Shown here: positions 12,440 through 25,097 of the stretch, piece by piece
Position numbering within the stretch: the first letter of the stretch is position 1
Layout: the number at the start of each line of letters is the position of its first letter
Source of the DNA: Girardia tigrina
Lineage: Eukaryota
Length of the DNA stretch: 51,597 nt
NCBI GenBank assembly: GCA_001938485.1
Contig: MQRK01241907.1
Span: forward strand, 1-51,597
Direction of reading: 5' to 3'
Program-made: the position numbers and the translations under genes
The notes under the pieces: model-generated
Told to the model about the DNA's origin: nothing
Database searches by the model: none
The model's input: the letters and a program-made list of their open reading frames with translations, nothing else

Positions 12440-13954
12440 CGAGGGTAAGTCAACTATTATTCACAATGTGGTTATATATTTTTCTTAATATTAGTAGTAC
12501 TGTCGTGAGGCATAGATGATGCATGCGTGGTTTAATTGTTTTTATATCTGCACACGTTAGATCCTGCTAGGTTAGTTCCATTATCGCTGTCGTGTCGTTA
12601 ACCATGTCTGCTCCGCTCTCTATATGCACCAAAGAAAAACAACGTTCAGTAATCTTTTTTGGGATTAGAAGTTGTACAATGAGCCGGAATTCATCGAAGA
12701 CTTTTAGTACCATATTGGAAGAGTGTGTAGCTTCACTAATGGATTGACAAATTTATAACTAGTCGTATGAGTGTTACGCATCATGAAAGGGCCAGACCAC
12801 CATTTACAGCCACAAAAAGGAAAACATTGACCGTGTACATAACATGATTTTGTTAAACAGGCAATTAATTATTGATAATGTGGCAATTTGTCTGCAGATT
12901 AGTTATGGTTCTGCCTGGTAAATTATCCACAACAGACTTGGATGGAATCTGTGCAGGATGTGCCCAAAAACAACTTACACAGTTGCATAAAAAACAGTAT
13001 TTGGACATTTTTCAAAAACATTTGGTTCATTATAGTAACAAAACCTGGCATCTTCTTAAACTTGATCTTTCACGGGTGATGGCACATGGGTCCCTCATTA
13101 CAAGTCTGAGAGAAAACGACAGAGTAATGAAGGAAAATATCAGAATTTGCCCGTCAATTAAAAGTTCAAAAGTTAACCAATTTCAGGAAAATGGATGCTT
13201 TTATTTTTTTGTGACTCACTAGGTGTAATACTAGACATCATCAGAAATAAGACAACAATAAATAGTGCGCGTTTAAGTGAGATGTTTACTGACAAATTGA
13301 AGCCTGCAATTCATAGCAAACGCCGAAAACTGCTCTCAAACGTATTATGCTGTTGCACAACAAGATCCACATACCGCTGATCACAAGTTGAAACTCATCA
13401 GAAACTGAACTTTGAAGTACTGGTTCATTTTCCATATTTTCTCGACCTTTCTCCATCGGATGTTTAGTTGTTTGATCCACCCAAAGATGCATTAAGGGAT
13501 CGTAAATTTACCACAAATGAAGCAGTAAAAGAATCAGTATAATTCTAATATATAAATATATTTCTGGCTCGCCCTATTAAAAAATTCTTTTAATAGGTCA
13601 TCAAGGAGCTTGTACAACGATGGATCAAGTGCATTCTAAAGCAAGGGGACTTTTTTCTTCTATTTGACATTAGCCATTGGGCAGTGGGTGTACCAAATTA
13701 TGTACAAGCTTTCGCCACATCTCTCTATTTATAGCCTCTTTTCTCAGACATTCCATACTCAATCCACTCCATTCTTTTACATCGTCTGTCCATTGCCTCT
13801 TTGGTCCTTCTCCTTCCACTCTTCCTTCAATCATAACCTTTGCTAGTGCTTGTTTTCTTATCTGGGGACTAGGTTGAAAAGTAATGTATGTATACATTTT
13901 TTGTTTGTATGGCATTTAAATTTTAAACCACACTGTGGATAATAGCTGACTTCG
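12440..13954 (+). mobile_element. Decayed irritans-type mariner carrying a LINE insertion
   Basis: TA|CGAGGGTAAGTCAACTATTATTCACAATGTGGTT ... AACCACACTGTGGATAATAGCTGACTTCG|TA; fragmented transposase motifs (CAGCAQKQLT, LKPAIHSKRRKLLS, C-terminal QGD.VEK*). Confidence 0.85.
13652..13863 (-). mobile_element. 5'-truncated RTE-clade LINE 3' end
   Basis: LAKVMIEGRVEGEGPKRQWTDDVKEWSGLSMECLRKEAINREMWRKLV is typical of the RTE ORF C-terminus. A-rich tail on the minus strand; 7-bp TSD GGGGACT at 13645-13651 and 13864-13870. Confidence 0.85.
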
Positions 13955-14955
13955 TAGTTAATTAAAAATATTTAAATATTTAAATATAGATTTCTTAATT
14001 TCTAAATATATTCTTTCGTATATCATAACATTTTGGAGGACTCTTGTTCACGATTTTAAACATTTAATAAAAATATAATAAAATAAAACCAAACATAAGA
14101 CAAACATTACAAATATTTATTAAAACTCTTCTAGTATTTTGTCCCCATCAAATTTTTGATCGACTTTTTTTTCGCTTTAGTAATTAAATGAATACCGTGC
14201 CATATTATATAATATAAGTCTATAGATTACATTTTTATCATATTTTAATTAATCATATATTTTTTTACAAGTTGAAGAGTTTAAAAGGAATCGTATGTTT
14301 CTATTGTAGTTTTTTTATAATTGATTTATTCTATTGTTACATTGTTAATATTCACCAAAGTCTTCTATTGTCAGAGTAGTCTTTTTCCGTATTCTTTTTC
14401 AGTTATTTGTTGCTACATTGAATCAATAAAAATATGAATCTCTAAAACAGGGGCAACTCAAATGATCTTACTGTCCACTTTGGAAAATAATCATAACACC
14501 ACGGGCCGCCTTTGAAATGATATATCTTCATATTAGATTTAAATTCACAATAGATAATTTTTGGAGAGAAAAAAATGAAACATAATGAGTTATTATTATT
14601 GTGTGTACTAATATTCTTACATATTAACATGGATGTTAAATATTATTATAATGATACTAAACTCACATTACAAAGAAATATATAAATATAATTTAAAATA
14701 AAAAAATCATTAAAAAATATTTATTTTACAAGTGCGATATTTGTTTCTCCATTCTTCCAATTACCTCTTGCGAATCGATTTCAATTTAGGTATTTGCCCA
14801 TTGTAATTGGGTTTGGCGCACGTTATGTTTGACCGTGTTTTGTGTTTAGTCAATTTCATTTTCGAACGATTCGCAGGTGTAAGTTAAATTAAAAACGGTA
14901 ACAACTTTTTGTGCCAGATTTCTAATTTTTTCTTTTTTGATGTACGTATTATAAA

Positions 14956-15751
14956 CGGTTACATGACTAAAGCCCAATGGAAAAATGACATTCGGACAAA
15001 AGCCCAAAACAAAAAGCCTAATTGACAAAAGCCCATGCGGACAAAATCCCAAACGGACAAAATCCCTTGCAGACAAAAACGAAAGAGAAACAAGTACTAA
15101 TTTATAAAAGTTCAATATGACAATAATAATTAATTTTTTTTCGCGAAAGTAAATTACTTCTGACCAAATTCTATAATACTAAAAAATGATGACAAAGAAA
15201 ATATTTTGCAAAGTTTGATAAAGTTAAAAATTTTGAATTATGAAAGTATTTTTTATATTATATACAAACATTGTAAAATTAAAAAGATTCTGTTTCTATC
15301 GATATACTTATATTTAGATTGTATAAACACTTAAAATAATTATTGATTTAATAAAACTTTGCTCAAAATACCAATGAATTATTAAAAAGTAAATTTATAA
15401 AGTTTCATGAATTAAATACCAAATATTTTATAAGAAATTAATTAAATACAACTTTTTATACTTATCCTCAGTTGAAAGATCATTCTATCGCACATTAAGA
15501 GGAATCCACTCGCCAAACCCTTCAAATTCAGATTTCGAAATTCCAGAAAAATATAAAAACATTATTTTGTAGGATTACGGTAGATATGATCCAAACAGAA
15601 TCATTGCTATTGGAAATAAAGATCCAGTTTAACGACTTTTATCAAATGTCCTTTTCGGTGATGGTTCATTGGCAATACATTGTCAATTGGGCTTTTGGTT
15701 TTGGGCTTTTGTCCGAATGGCATTTGTCCATTGGGCTTTAGTCCGGCCACG
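14956..15751 (+). mobile_element. Non-autonomous Mutator-like (MULE) element
   Basis: 8-bp TSD ATTATAAA (14948-14955, 15752-15759). ~70-bp TIRs built from GACAAAAGCCC-like subrepeats. Internal relic PNPSNSDFEIPEKYK..DYGRYDPNRIIAIG...LFGDGS, resembling the MULE region up to the first catalytic D (DGTF). Confidence 0.8.
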
Positions 15752-16311
15752 ATTATAAACATCTATTTTTGATTCTGATGTTTCAAAAATGTATTTTAAT
15801 TCAATATTGCATTGTAAGTCAACCATATCTTTTGTAAAATTATATTTTGTAAATATATTTTGTAAGTGTGATGAATATTGCGGGTCGAAAACATGTTTAA
15901 AGCGGGCCACACCCCTGATCTAAAACATGTTCTGCGAAAGGCTTTAATATGGCTATTAGGAAATAAAAGTTAATTCTAGAATATGTAATAGTATTATAGT
16001 GTATTTATTAACATTAAAAGATAGCAAATTTATTATTTCCCTATAATTACTGTTGTAAAAATATGTAATTAAAGAGAGCACTAATGATGCTATAATAAGC
16101 TCATATTAATCAATAAGTTTAAAGAATTATGGCAAGTAATACATCTGTTTGACTGATCGTGATGAATTTAGCTACCGTAAAATAATTATTATATTAATTA
16201 AATTGTTAAATAAGGCGACATAGTAAAGAATCTGAGATGGGTATACCATTCAATTAGACAGATAAAAAATCATACTTGAAACTTATGTAACTTAAAATAT
16301 ATTATATATCA

Positions 16312-16793
16312 CTAGCGCGCTCGGCCCGCTTCGCGGCCCTCTCTTGCCGGGCGTTCAATGTTATTAGATCACGCGACTTTTTTCTGAAAGCATTTTTATT
16401 GAAAATTTCAGTGTTTCGAGTATAAAAAATCGTATAACAAAAGTTTTTATTTCTGTTTAATGCAAAGTTTGAAAATCATATCTCGAGACAAAATGATATT
16501 TAAGAAATTACGGTTACAAAAATCGCATTCATTCTAATATCTTATCTTATAAAAGCCCAAGTCACTCACTGCCTCACTAACACTGTAAGGTAAATTTTTG
16601 AAATGATTTTATAATCAATAAAGAAATGATTGTATATTAATAAATAAATATTAGACTGATATTAGTCTAATATTTATTTATTAATATACAATCATTTCTT
16701 TATTGATTATAAAATCATTTCAAAAATTTACCTTACAGCGTTAGTGAGGCAGTGAGGCAGGCAGTGAGTGTCTTGGGCTTTTATAAGATAAGA
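16312..16793 (-). mobile_element. Non-autonomous Helitron with an inverted duplication of its 5' end
   Basis: Minus-strand 5' end A|TCTTATCTTATAAAAGCCCAAG followed by a CACT/GCCT microsatellite. 3' end has the GC hairpin GGCCGCGAAGCGGGCC then GAGCGCGCTAG|T. Insertion between A and T, no TSD. Confidence 0.8.
16540..16793. repeat. ~255-bp near-perfect spacerless palindrome
   Basis: Arms 16540-16660 and 16661-16793 are reverse complements apart from about 3 substitutions and a 12-nt microsatellite indel; centre TTAGACTGAT|ATTAGTCTAA. Confidence 0.95.
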
Positions 16794-16949
16794 TGATATA
16801 CACCATGAAAAAGTAAATGCACTGTACAATCATGAGACAAATCAAATGTTTTTGTTATTGCTAGTTTTTGTTAAATGCTAGTAGATTTTATATAGAATGA
16901 TGTGGTATCAATAAATTGATAATTTATTTCATTTTTAAAAAGGGTTTTA

Positions 16950-17500
16950 TACACATTAAGAATTCGATCTTGAAATCAACAAATAATATTTTAAATTTAA
17001 AAATTATTTCTCAATCATTTAAAGTTGAGAATATGTTTTGCAATAAATCACATACTCATTTAGGATTGTGTTCGGACATTGTTTATCAATACTCATGTAA
17101 TGCATGCAATGCCACATACATCGGAGAGACTGGCCGTTATCTCTGCAATCGAGTCCAAGAACACAGTCAAAAAGGGGGAAAGAGTAATATTGTTGAGCAT
17201 AAAAAAACGTGTAAATGTAATATGAACATAAATGATTTTAAGATTTTGTGCAAGCATTTTAAAAATTATTGGGAGAGAGTGTCATGTGAAGCATTGTTGA
17301 TAAGATCACGTAATCCACAAATCAATGTTCAAACAGCACTCTCAACTAATTTGTTAAGAGATTTCAATTAGACTTACGTAAGTGATTGTATAATCATTCA
17401 TTTCTTATATAAAGGCAATAAAAAAGAACATAATCAGTGATCTGATGATGACGGTTAAACCGTCGAAATATATTATCATACAATATATTTTTAAGTGCGT
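16950..17500 (+). mobile_element. Penelope-like element 3' module: intact GIY-YIG endonuclease frame plus hammerhead
   Basis: IVYQYSCNACNATYIGETGRYLCNRVQEH...IVEH...CEALLIRSRNPQINVQ (VY/YIG, R, E, N and CCHH motifs). Stop at 17371; hammerhead 66 nt downstream; no RT upstream. Confidence 0.85.
17437..17479 (+). ncRNA. Minimal type I hammerhead ribozyme
   Basis: GTGAT-CTGATGA-T-GACGG-TTAAA-CCGTC-GAAA-TATA-TT-ATCAT: stem I, conserved core, 5-bp stem II, short palindromic stem III, UH site. Confidence 0.85.
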
Positions 17501-17799
17501 TTATTTGTTTATTTTTAATTTTAATATCATTTGATGTAAAATTAGTCTCCTTAATGAATAAATATTTGTGAGCGTTCGATAATAACTGTAAAATTAAGTT
17601 AACCGGTAAACCGTAATTTAAAAATCGGTGAATCTACTTTTAACAATAAAAAATTAATAAATACTGTAGAATAATATTTGAAATATATAATTTAAAATAG
17701 ACAAAACGGAAGGAAAACAAGACGTTATTAATAAATGAGCGCAATAACAAGAAATTGAGCGGTTGGTGGAGAACAACAATAAATAAGTTACTTTAAATA

Positions 17800-18419
17800 C
17801 TATATTTCCTTGAATAAATGATGCACCGTTTATTAACATGTAATGCTTTTTTGTGAGCACCGTTTAATCGAGGGAGCCGTTTATTTAAATCAAGTCACTA
17901 TGTTATCACAAAAATTGTTTTAATCGTTACTATTTTAAATTGAGATTTTTATTTTTAATGTGAGATTTTATCATTTAAAATTTAGATTTCTTACAAGAAA
18001 GTTATTAACATTTCTAATTGTTAAAGCTTTGTTTAGTTAAAAGAGACATTTTAAATTGATATATTTTCTTTAAATTTAAATTGAAAATTCTTATTTTGTA
18101 TTTGATATTGTAAAATCGATAATTTGAAAATATTGATTATAAAAATATTTTAATCCATAAAAAAAATCAAAATGAAATATTTTGATAAAATGTTTTAATA
18201 ATAAGTATTTATCCAATAAAGTTTTTTAAAATGATTTTAACTTATGATTAAAATAAAAACGAAATTGTAATGGAATAAACTTTTAAATAAAATTATGAAA
18301 AATGAAGTTTTCTTAAAATTTAATTAAATTAAAATGTATTTTATTCATTGGCTAAATATGGGGCACCGTTTATTAAAATGTAAGGTTTTTGTGAGAGCCG
18401 TTTAATCGAGGAAATACGA
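17800..18419. mobile_element. pogo/Tigger-like MITE
   Basis: TA|CTATATTTCCTTGAATAAA ... TTTAATCGAGGAAATACGA|TA, with subterminal direct repeats GCACCGTTTATTAA...TGTGAG..CCGTTTAATCGAGG near both ends. Confidence 0.7.
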
Positions 18420-20539
18420 TATTTTCTATGTTCGAATAATAATAACGTCTTTATTCTTCTGAGGTGGTGAAATTTTTTTAGCAAAATGTTGCAAGAATAT
18501 CATGATCTGTTGAGTAATAGATCTATTATAAAATATTGTTGGTTGTAGGAATGAAATCGTTGAATTATTTGATCGTGGAATTTTATGATTGAGGAATTAT
18601 ATGATTGAACTATTACGACTGTACAATTTCTCGATCGAGCCACCGCAAAAAATAATCCAATTATAGTCAGTAAGCTAACTAATATAATTATTAATTACTG
18701 ATTTTAAATGTTTTTAATTTAAATTTAAATTTTATTTCGTTAAGATGATAATTTATGTGATAAATAATATGTTTAATACTATTAAATAATAACAATAAAT
18801 AAATGATAATAATAAATTATGATTATTTAAAATAATGAATAAAAAGAATAAAGATAAAATGATATTAACTAGTACTAAATAATAACGATATTTACATGTT
18901 ACAAATGAAAATAATATCTTATAAAATAATAATAAGTATGCCTGAATCCATAAAGTTATATAATAAATAATAATACATAATATCTATCATAAGAATATTT
19001 AGAAATGATAATATAAAATTATATATAATCATTTTTATAAAGGGAAATAAAGGGGGGGTTTATACAGTAACTTTATTAATTGAATTGACTTTTTTTCTGC
19101 AGTTATCCTATTATGGTTAAATGTTTTTAAACTCATATGTAAATATAGTACAGTGATATTATAATGTATGGTGTACCTAGATGTCATGGTTCCGAATATT
19201 GTGTCAATACCATCACAATATGTTATGTAAAACATATTAATGAGTAAGATCAAATGTTTTAATCCTAAAGTGTAAATTTAAAAAAATAATCTGAAACAAC
19301 AAACATGTTTTTGTCAAATAATCACTGGTGGCTTCAGTTCTCAATTATATTAATGTCCGCAATTCATATTCTATATTTCCACCAGCCTGCATTATGTGAG
19401 TGACGATTACTTTTTGTTAAAAGATTAAAAAAATATACCTAAAAAGTTATATTATAATACAATTGTCTATAAATACAATCGATAATCATGTCTTCCACAT
19501 CAGTTAATTCAAATTAATTTTGGCATTTAAAGTTAATAAAAATGAAATTGGTATATTATTTGTATAGAAGATGCAACATCTATTTGAGAACGCACAATAT
19601 AGGCGCCACACTTTCCTGTGTGTTATAGTAACAGTTTTTTTCTGTTGCAGGTAGATATGGCAGAACATGCTGTTGTAACATTGAATTAATCAGACTAAAT
19701 ATCGTTACTAGACTAATTCAATGTTACAATTTCGCAAAGTATATATATAACAAATTATTAACGATTATAACAAAAGGATTTAAAAAAAGATTAATTCTTA
19801 AATCACACGAAACAATATTATAGAAGTTTGATGTCAACAAGTCAATACTTAAATCTTCATTTCGGTAAATTGCAAGATATTCTTGTTATCGTTGAATGGT
19901 TTGTAACTTTGACAAATAGATCGTTAATACCGAGGTTTTTTTTCTGTCAGTTATTTTTACGTTTTGTCTGGATTATTCAATACCTGTTGATTCTCTTTTT
20001 GGCTTTGAAGAACTTATTCGAACTAGCAATATTTTCTTCTCTGATAAATATTTTTTGTCAAGCAGTTTCGCGATAAATTATTTCAACAATAAGCAGCAAA
20101 ATATTACTTTATACTAATACATAATATTAATTTCATTATTCATATTTATGAATCAATTTTTTTAATTCATAATTTTAAATTAAATTATCCCATGGTAATT
20201 TTTATTATTATCCATGGGATAATTATAAGCGATATCATCACGAATCGCTGAAACTGGCCATAAGTATAAAAAAATTGAAAGAAGAAATTAAATAAAATAA
20301 AAAAATTAAACACTGCAAAAAAACCGGTAATAATAAAAAAAATCATCGACACATATACTAGGTCCAAGCAACCACATTCACGACGTCACGCAAAGACATG
20401 ACTATAAAATATCGCTTGCTCAATCATATTCATACACACGCAAAAACGCACATATATATTCATACAGTACTTTGTTTACACTTAATCCGAAACACATAAC
20501 TGGTGTAAGAGGGGTAGGACACTACACCTAATCTTACGC

Positions 20540-20900
20540 AAGAAATGAAGAGGTAATTATTGTCGCCTTGACTGCAGGACACACCGATTCAGAAACTGCT
20601 GCATTCTTGAAAGTCACCCGATCATTTGTATTTAAAGTTCTGAGAGAAAGTGGAGCTGCAAAGAGTGATGTGGCGGAAGTTTCCAAAAGGAAAGGACATT
20701 GACGACGTTCTGATAGTATCAGGACGCGAGATTTTATAAGCCGAATCCAAGCTACCATCGAAGAGGACCTTGGTAAGTCGATGAGGGCCCTAGCCAGAGA
20801 GCAACAGGCTGATGATTCTACCATCCGACGTGTGATTCATGAGGACCTTCGTTAAAAGTCATACGTGATGCAGAGAGGAAAGTTCATGTCAGAAAGAAAA
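20540..20900 (+). mobile_element. maT (DD37D)-like transposase N-terminal relic
   Basis: VIIVALTAGHTDSETAAFLKVTRSFVFKV...DLGKSMRALARE..ADDSTIRRVIHEDLR*KSYVMQRG: two HTH motifs with in-frame stops. Confidence 0.6.
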
Positions 20901-21423
20901 TTCATGTTGTTGGTACAATATATTTTGATGTCTACTTTTACCAACTTTACATTTTGTAATTTATCGAAAATTAACTTGTTAATTACGTTCATTCTTGCTC
21001 TTGTATTTAATAAAAGTCTTTCATAATGTGTTGCATCTTTATTTTTATGCTTGGTCTAACTAGCATTTTATTGTACAAAATATTTTCTACTCTCCAATCA
21101 TATCTTCAGATTCTTGAAGGTATCCAATGTAGTGCTGGTCGTCATGTTAGTAGCATTTGCATTATCTTCGATAATGTTTGATCCTAGATTAGAATTGAAA
21201 ATTAAAACTAACTCCTCATAAGTTATATGCGATATTAATTTAAGAGATGTTAAGTTGTCTTTGCAAACGGATCAAAGACAATAGTTGAACTTATGGTATT
21301 AGTAACATTGTTGATCATAGTGGAAAATATAAAAAATAATTTTGAAATAAAAATTTTAAAGTTTTCTGTTCAAATTTTGGAAATTACAGTGAGAGAAAGA
21401 AGCGTGTGAAGCAATTTTAATTA

Positions 21424-22663
21424 TTAGGATGAATCAAAAGTCTTTTCGTATTTTCTACGTCTTTTTGTTCAATTGTTTCTTATTACCAAATAAAGATATT
21501 TTATATACATGTGTTATATGTTTTTAAAGCTCTTGAACTGCTCTATCACAATATATATTAAAACTTTTAATTAGTTGTTAATATAATTTTTATGGTCTTT
21601 TAGAAAAATCATGGAAAATTTTGAAATTCGTGTTCTTTTACGTCATTACTGGAAACATGGCTTAAACGCAACTGCAGCGTCAAAGAAGATATGCGAAGTT
21701 GAAGGCGATAATGTGGTCTCAAATCGTACTGCACAAAATTGGTTCAAAAGGTTCAACGAAGGCGACATTGACCTCGGAGACAATGCACGTTCAGGCCGAC
21801 TTATCACCGTAGATTCCGGAGCAATTCGTGAAGCCGTCGAGACAAATCCGTCAATAAGTACTCGCAGATTGTCGGCCGAACTCGATATTCCTCGATATTT
21901 GAGAAGTGCCTCATGAATTGACACAAATTCAAGCCGAAAAGCTTTTCGAAACTTGTCAAAAATTGCTTGAAAATCCGCGCGATGACCGTTTCATTCGTCG
22001 AATTGTAACTTTTGATGAAAAGTGGGTTTACTTCAGTAATCCAGACCAACAAAATCAATGGTTGGAACCCGGACAAATGGCGATACCGGTAGCGAAACGA
22101 GATCGTTTTTCAAGGAAAGCACTTTTGTGTGTTTGGTGGAATTTCGAAGGCGTGATTCACTTCGAGCTGGTTCCAAATGGTCGTACCATCGACGCTGACC
22201 TTTACTGCGCCCAACTTGATCGAATGTATGCGGNNNNNNNNNNNNNNNNNCCCGCTTTGATCAATCGAAAGCGAGTTCTTCTACAACAGGACAATGCAAA
22301 ACCGCACACCGCCAAACAAACAAAGGAAAAAATCAAAAATCTCGACGTCTTTGAACTTCTTCCACACCCAGCGTATAGTCCGGATCTTGCGCCATCCGAC
22401 TATCATCTTTTCCGCTCTATGGCACACTTTCTTCGTGGTCACAGCTTCAATAATCTGACCGAGGTCGAAAACGGGTATCACCAGTTCTTCGCTTCTAAGA
22501 ACAAGGATTGGTACCGCAGCGGGATCGCACAACTTGCCCATAGATGGGTTCAAGCTATAGATTCAAATGGCCTTTACTTTGAAACCTAAATGTTTTTTAT
22601 TTGTTGTAAAATTATGTTTAAATTTTTAATAAAAAATACGAAAAGACTTTTGGTTCACCCAAA
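21424..22663 (+). mobile_element. Near-intact mariner (one frameshifting deletion near 21900) with D,D35D spacing
   Basis: TA-flanked TIRs TTAGGATGAATCAAAAGTCTTTTCGTATTTT / AAAATACGAAAAGACTTTTGGTTCACCCAAA. ATG 21611, VPHELT, TFDEKW, QDNAKPH, YSPDLAPSDYHLF, stop 22589. Confidence 0.95.
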
Positions 22664-22882
22664 TATGTGATACAATACAAAATTTATTGTTCAAGCGAAT
22701 CTAAACCACTTTAATAAAAACATTTAAATAATAATAAAAATAATATTAAAATCAATTTTTTTACAATACTCCCAACATTAGATGAATCTTGAAATATTGT
22801 CTTAAAATTTAACCGTATTACATTTTAATTATGATTATTTAATGTTTCAAAAATATTTTAATATTATTAATACTTTTTTCAG

Positions 22883-23082
22883 CAATGCTGTGTTATCAGT
22901 GATGAGCTGAATCATACAAGTTTGATCCTAGGAATACGGTTATCAGGAGCTCAAATAAGAAGGTTTAAACACAACAACATGGAAAACCTTGAAGAACAGC
23001 TACGAGAAGCTATTATTGTTGGACACCCTAGAACCCGTCGTCCATTCAAAAAAATTCTTGTTGTTGTGGAAGGAATATATAG
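22883..23082 (+). CDS. SPTLC2: Serine palmitoyltransferase 2 coding exon 3
   Basis: Acceptor TTTTTTCAG|C; [33 protein letters not shown]...[11 protein letters not shown](S); donor AG|GTATAT, phase 2. Confidence 0.95.
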
Positions 23083-23617
23083 GTATATTTTTATATTAAT
23101 ACCACTTTAATTTCTACTTATCAATTATCATTTTCAGAATAAATAAATAATTTTAATTCAAGAATTCAATATATATGTGAAGATCAGACGCAATCTTAAA
23201 CGTTTTGAATATTTCAAATAAGAAAATATCTAAAATCAAAAATTTTGAAGAGTTATAATTATAAATATTTCTAATTAATTTTAAAAGTTATTCTCAAAAT
23301 AATTTAATTTTATTTGCTAAAAATTTAAGTTGAAATTATTTGTTAAATAATTGATTTTTTAAAATAATTGATTTAAAAAATATAAGTCAAGGAAAATTAT
23401 TTGTTTTAAATTAATTTTAAACAGTTATTATTATTAAGAACACCAATTTGATTTTTTTTATTTTTATTTAAACAACAATTTTGATTGTCCTCAAAACAAT
23501 CTTTGTCAAAACTTTCGTACGTTTGCATTCAAAGCGAAAATTGATTACTTGTTTTAATTCTCATTACTTTTTTAGAAAATGGGGAAACAAATATTTAAAT
23601 AAAATATTCACTCAAAA

Positions 23618-23874
23618 CTTATTGGATAATAATTAAAAATGATAATTAATTATTTAAAAAATNNNNNNNNNNNNNNNNNNNNNNNNNNNNNNNNNNNNNN
23701 NNNNNNNNNNNNNNNNNNNNNNNNNNNNNNNNNNNNNNNNNNNNNNNNNNNNNNNNNTATTTTTAGATAATAAGAATTAAAACATTAATCATCCATCTGG
23801 GTAGGAGAGACACATTTCCAAATCAACATACACATTCAAACACAAAACATCAAACATTCAAAATATTCCTCACA
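23618..23874 (-). repeat. Third copy of the ~260-bp TGTGAGG repeat (spans a gap)
   Basis: CCATCTGGGTAGGAGA at 23793, ATTCCTCACA ending at 23874, TTATTGGATAA near 23619. Confidence 0.5.
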
Positions 23875-25097
23875 ATTATGAAAAAATAAATTAATGAAAT
23901 TTTGATTGATAGAAATGTAATTTAAAAAAAAACAGATGATTTTTAATATTAAAGTTAGTTGGAAATTCTGTAAATTAATAATTCGACAAATAGTTAAATT
24001 TTAACAGCTTTTTATAATATAAAACAGCCATTAAATTTTTTTTAATTAATATAAATTGTAGATTGATATTGTAGATAGATATAAATTGTAATTATTTTTT
24101 TGTATTTAAATTATATAAATGTTAAATGGTTTTTAAATTAAATATTGAAATAAAACATTAAAATAATTTTAGAATGATAAATATCTTTTGTTAATTTATT
24201 TAAAATATGTAAAAAAATGAAATGAAATAAATCGTTAAAATAATTTCAGAGTAACAAAATGGTTTTTAAACTGAATATTGATATGAAATAACTCGTTAAA
24301 ATCTTTTGCTAATTAAAACGTTTTACAAATAAAATAAAAACATTTAACTAATTTTAAAGTAATAAAAAATCTTTTGTTAATTTACTTAAAATATGTTTTT
24401 ACAATGGAATTAAATAAATTATGTAGATTTTATATTTTATTTTAAATTAAATTTTATAAAATATTGATATGTTAATCTATAAAATTTACATAATGAAAAT
24501 AATGAATTCAATTTTTAAAATAACGTGTTAATAAATAACTTATCAGTATTTATAATCCGGTGTTTTTATTTATAATTAATCTGGTCAAAAGAAAACGAAA
24601 GAATAGTTCCTCAACAAAAAATTGTTTGAATAACGGTTATTTGTTATAGAAATAAAGTCTTGCGAAGTAATGAATCCTGATTTTAATCTCAAACCCAATA
24701 ATATAAATTTTTACTTGTTTCGGAAATAGTTTTTTTCATCTTGCAAAATATTTTTCAAGGGGGACTTGTCGTTCAGTAAAAAAGCAAATATTATTTAAAA
24801 AAATATAAAGATTTTTAAGCAAATGAAATAAATTCGTTTTTCAAAAAAATGGAGCTTTAATTAATTAATTTTTTGTAATAATTTAAAGATTTTGAATTTA
24901 ATTATGACCAAGTTTCGTTCATGAAGAAATAACTGAATACTTGGATTTTAATTAGTTTTCAATGTCTATTTAAAAATATAACTTTTTTATGTATCATAGA
25001 TGTATATAAAAATTGTCTAATAAATTATTTTTTTGTGTATAATTTCTTCTAAATTGGTACTATTCTCTGGTTGACTGTACTTTTGCTATTTCTTCAG

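Noticed and set aside
15888-15932. Two AAACATGTTY p53-like half-sites
   Set aside because: Widely spaced and common in AT-rich DNA.
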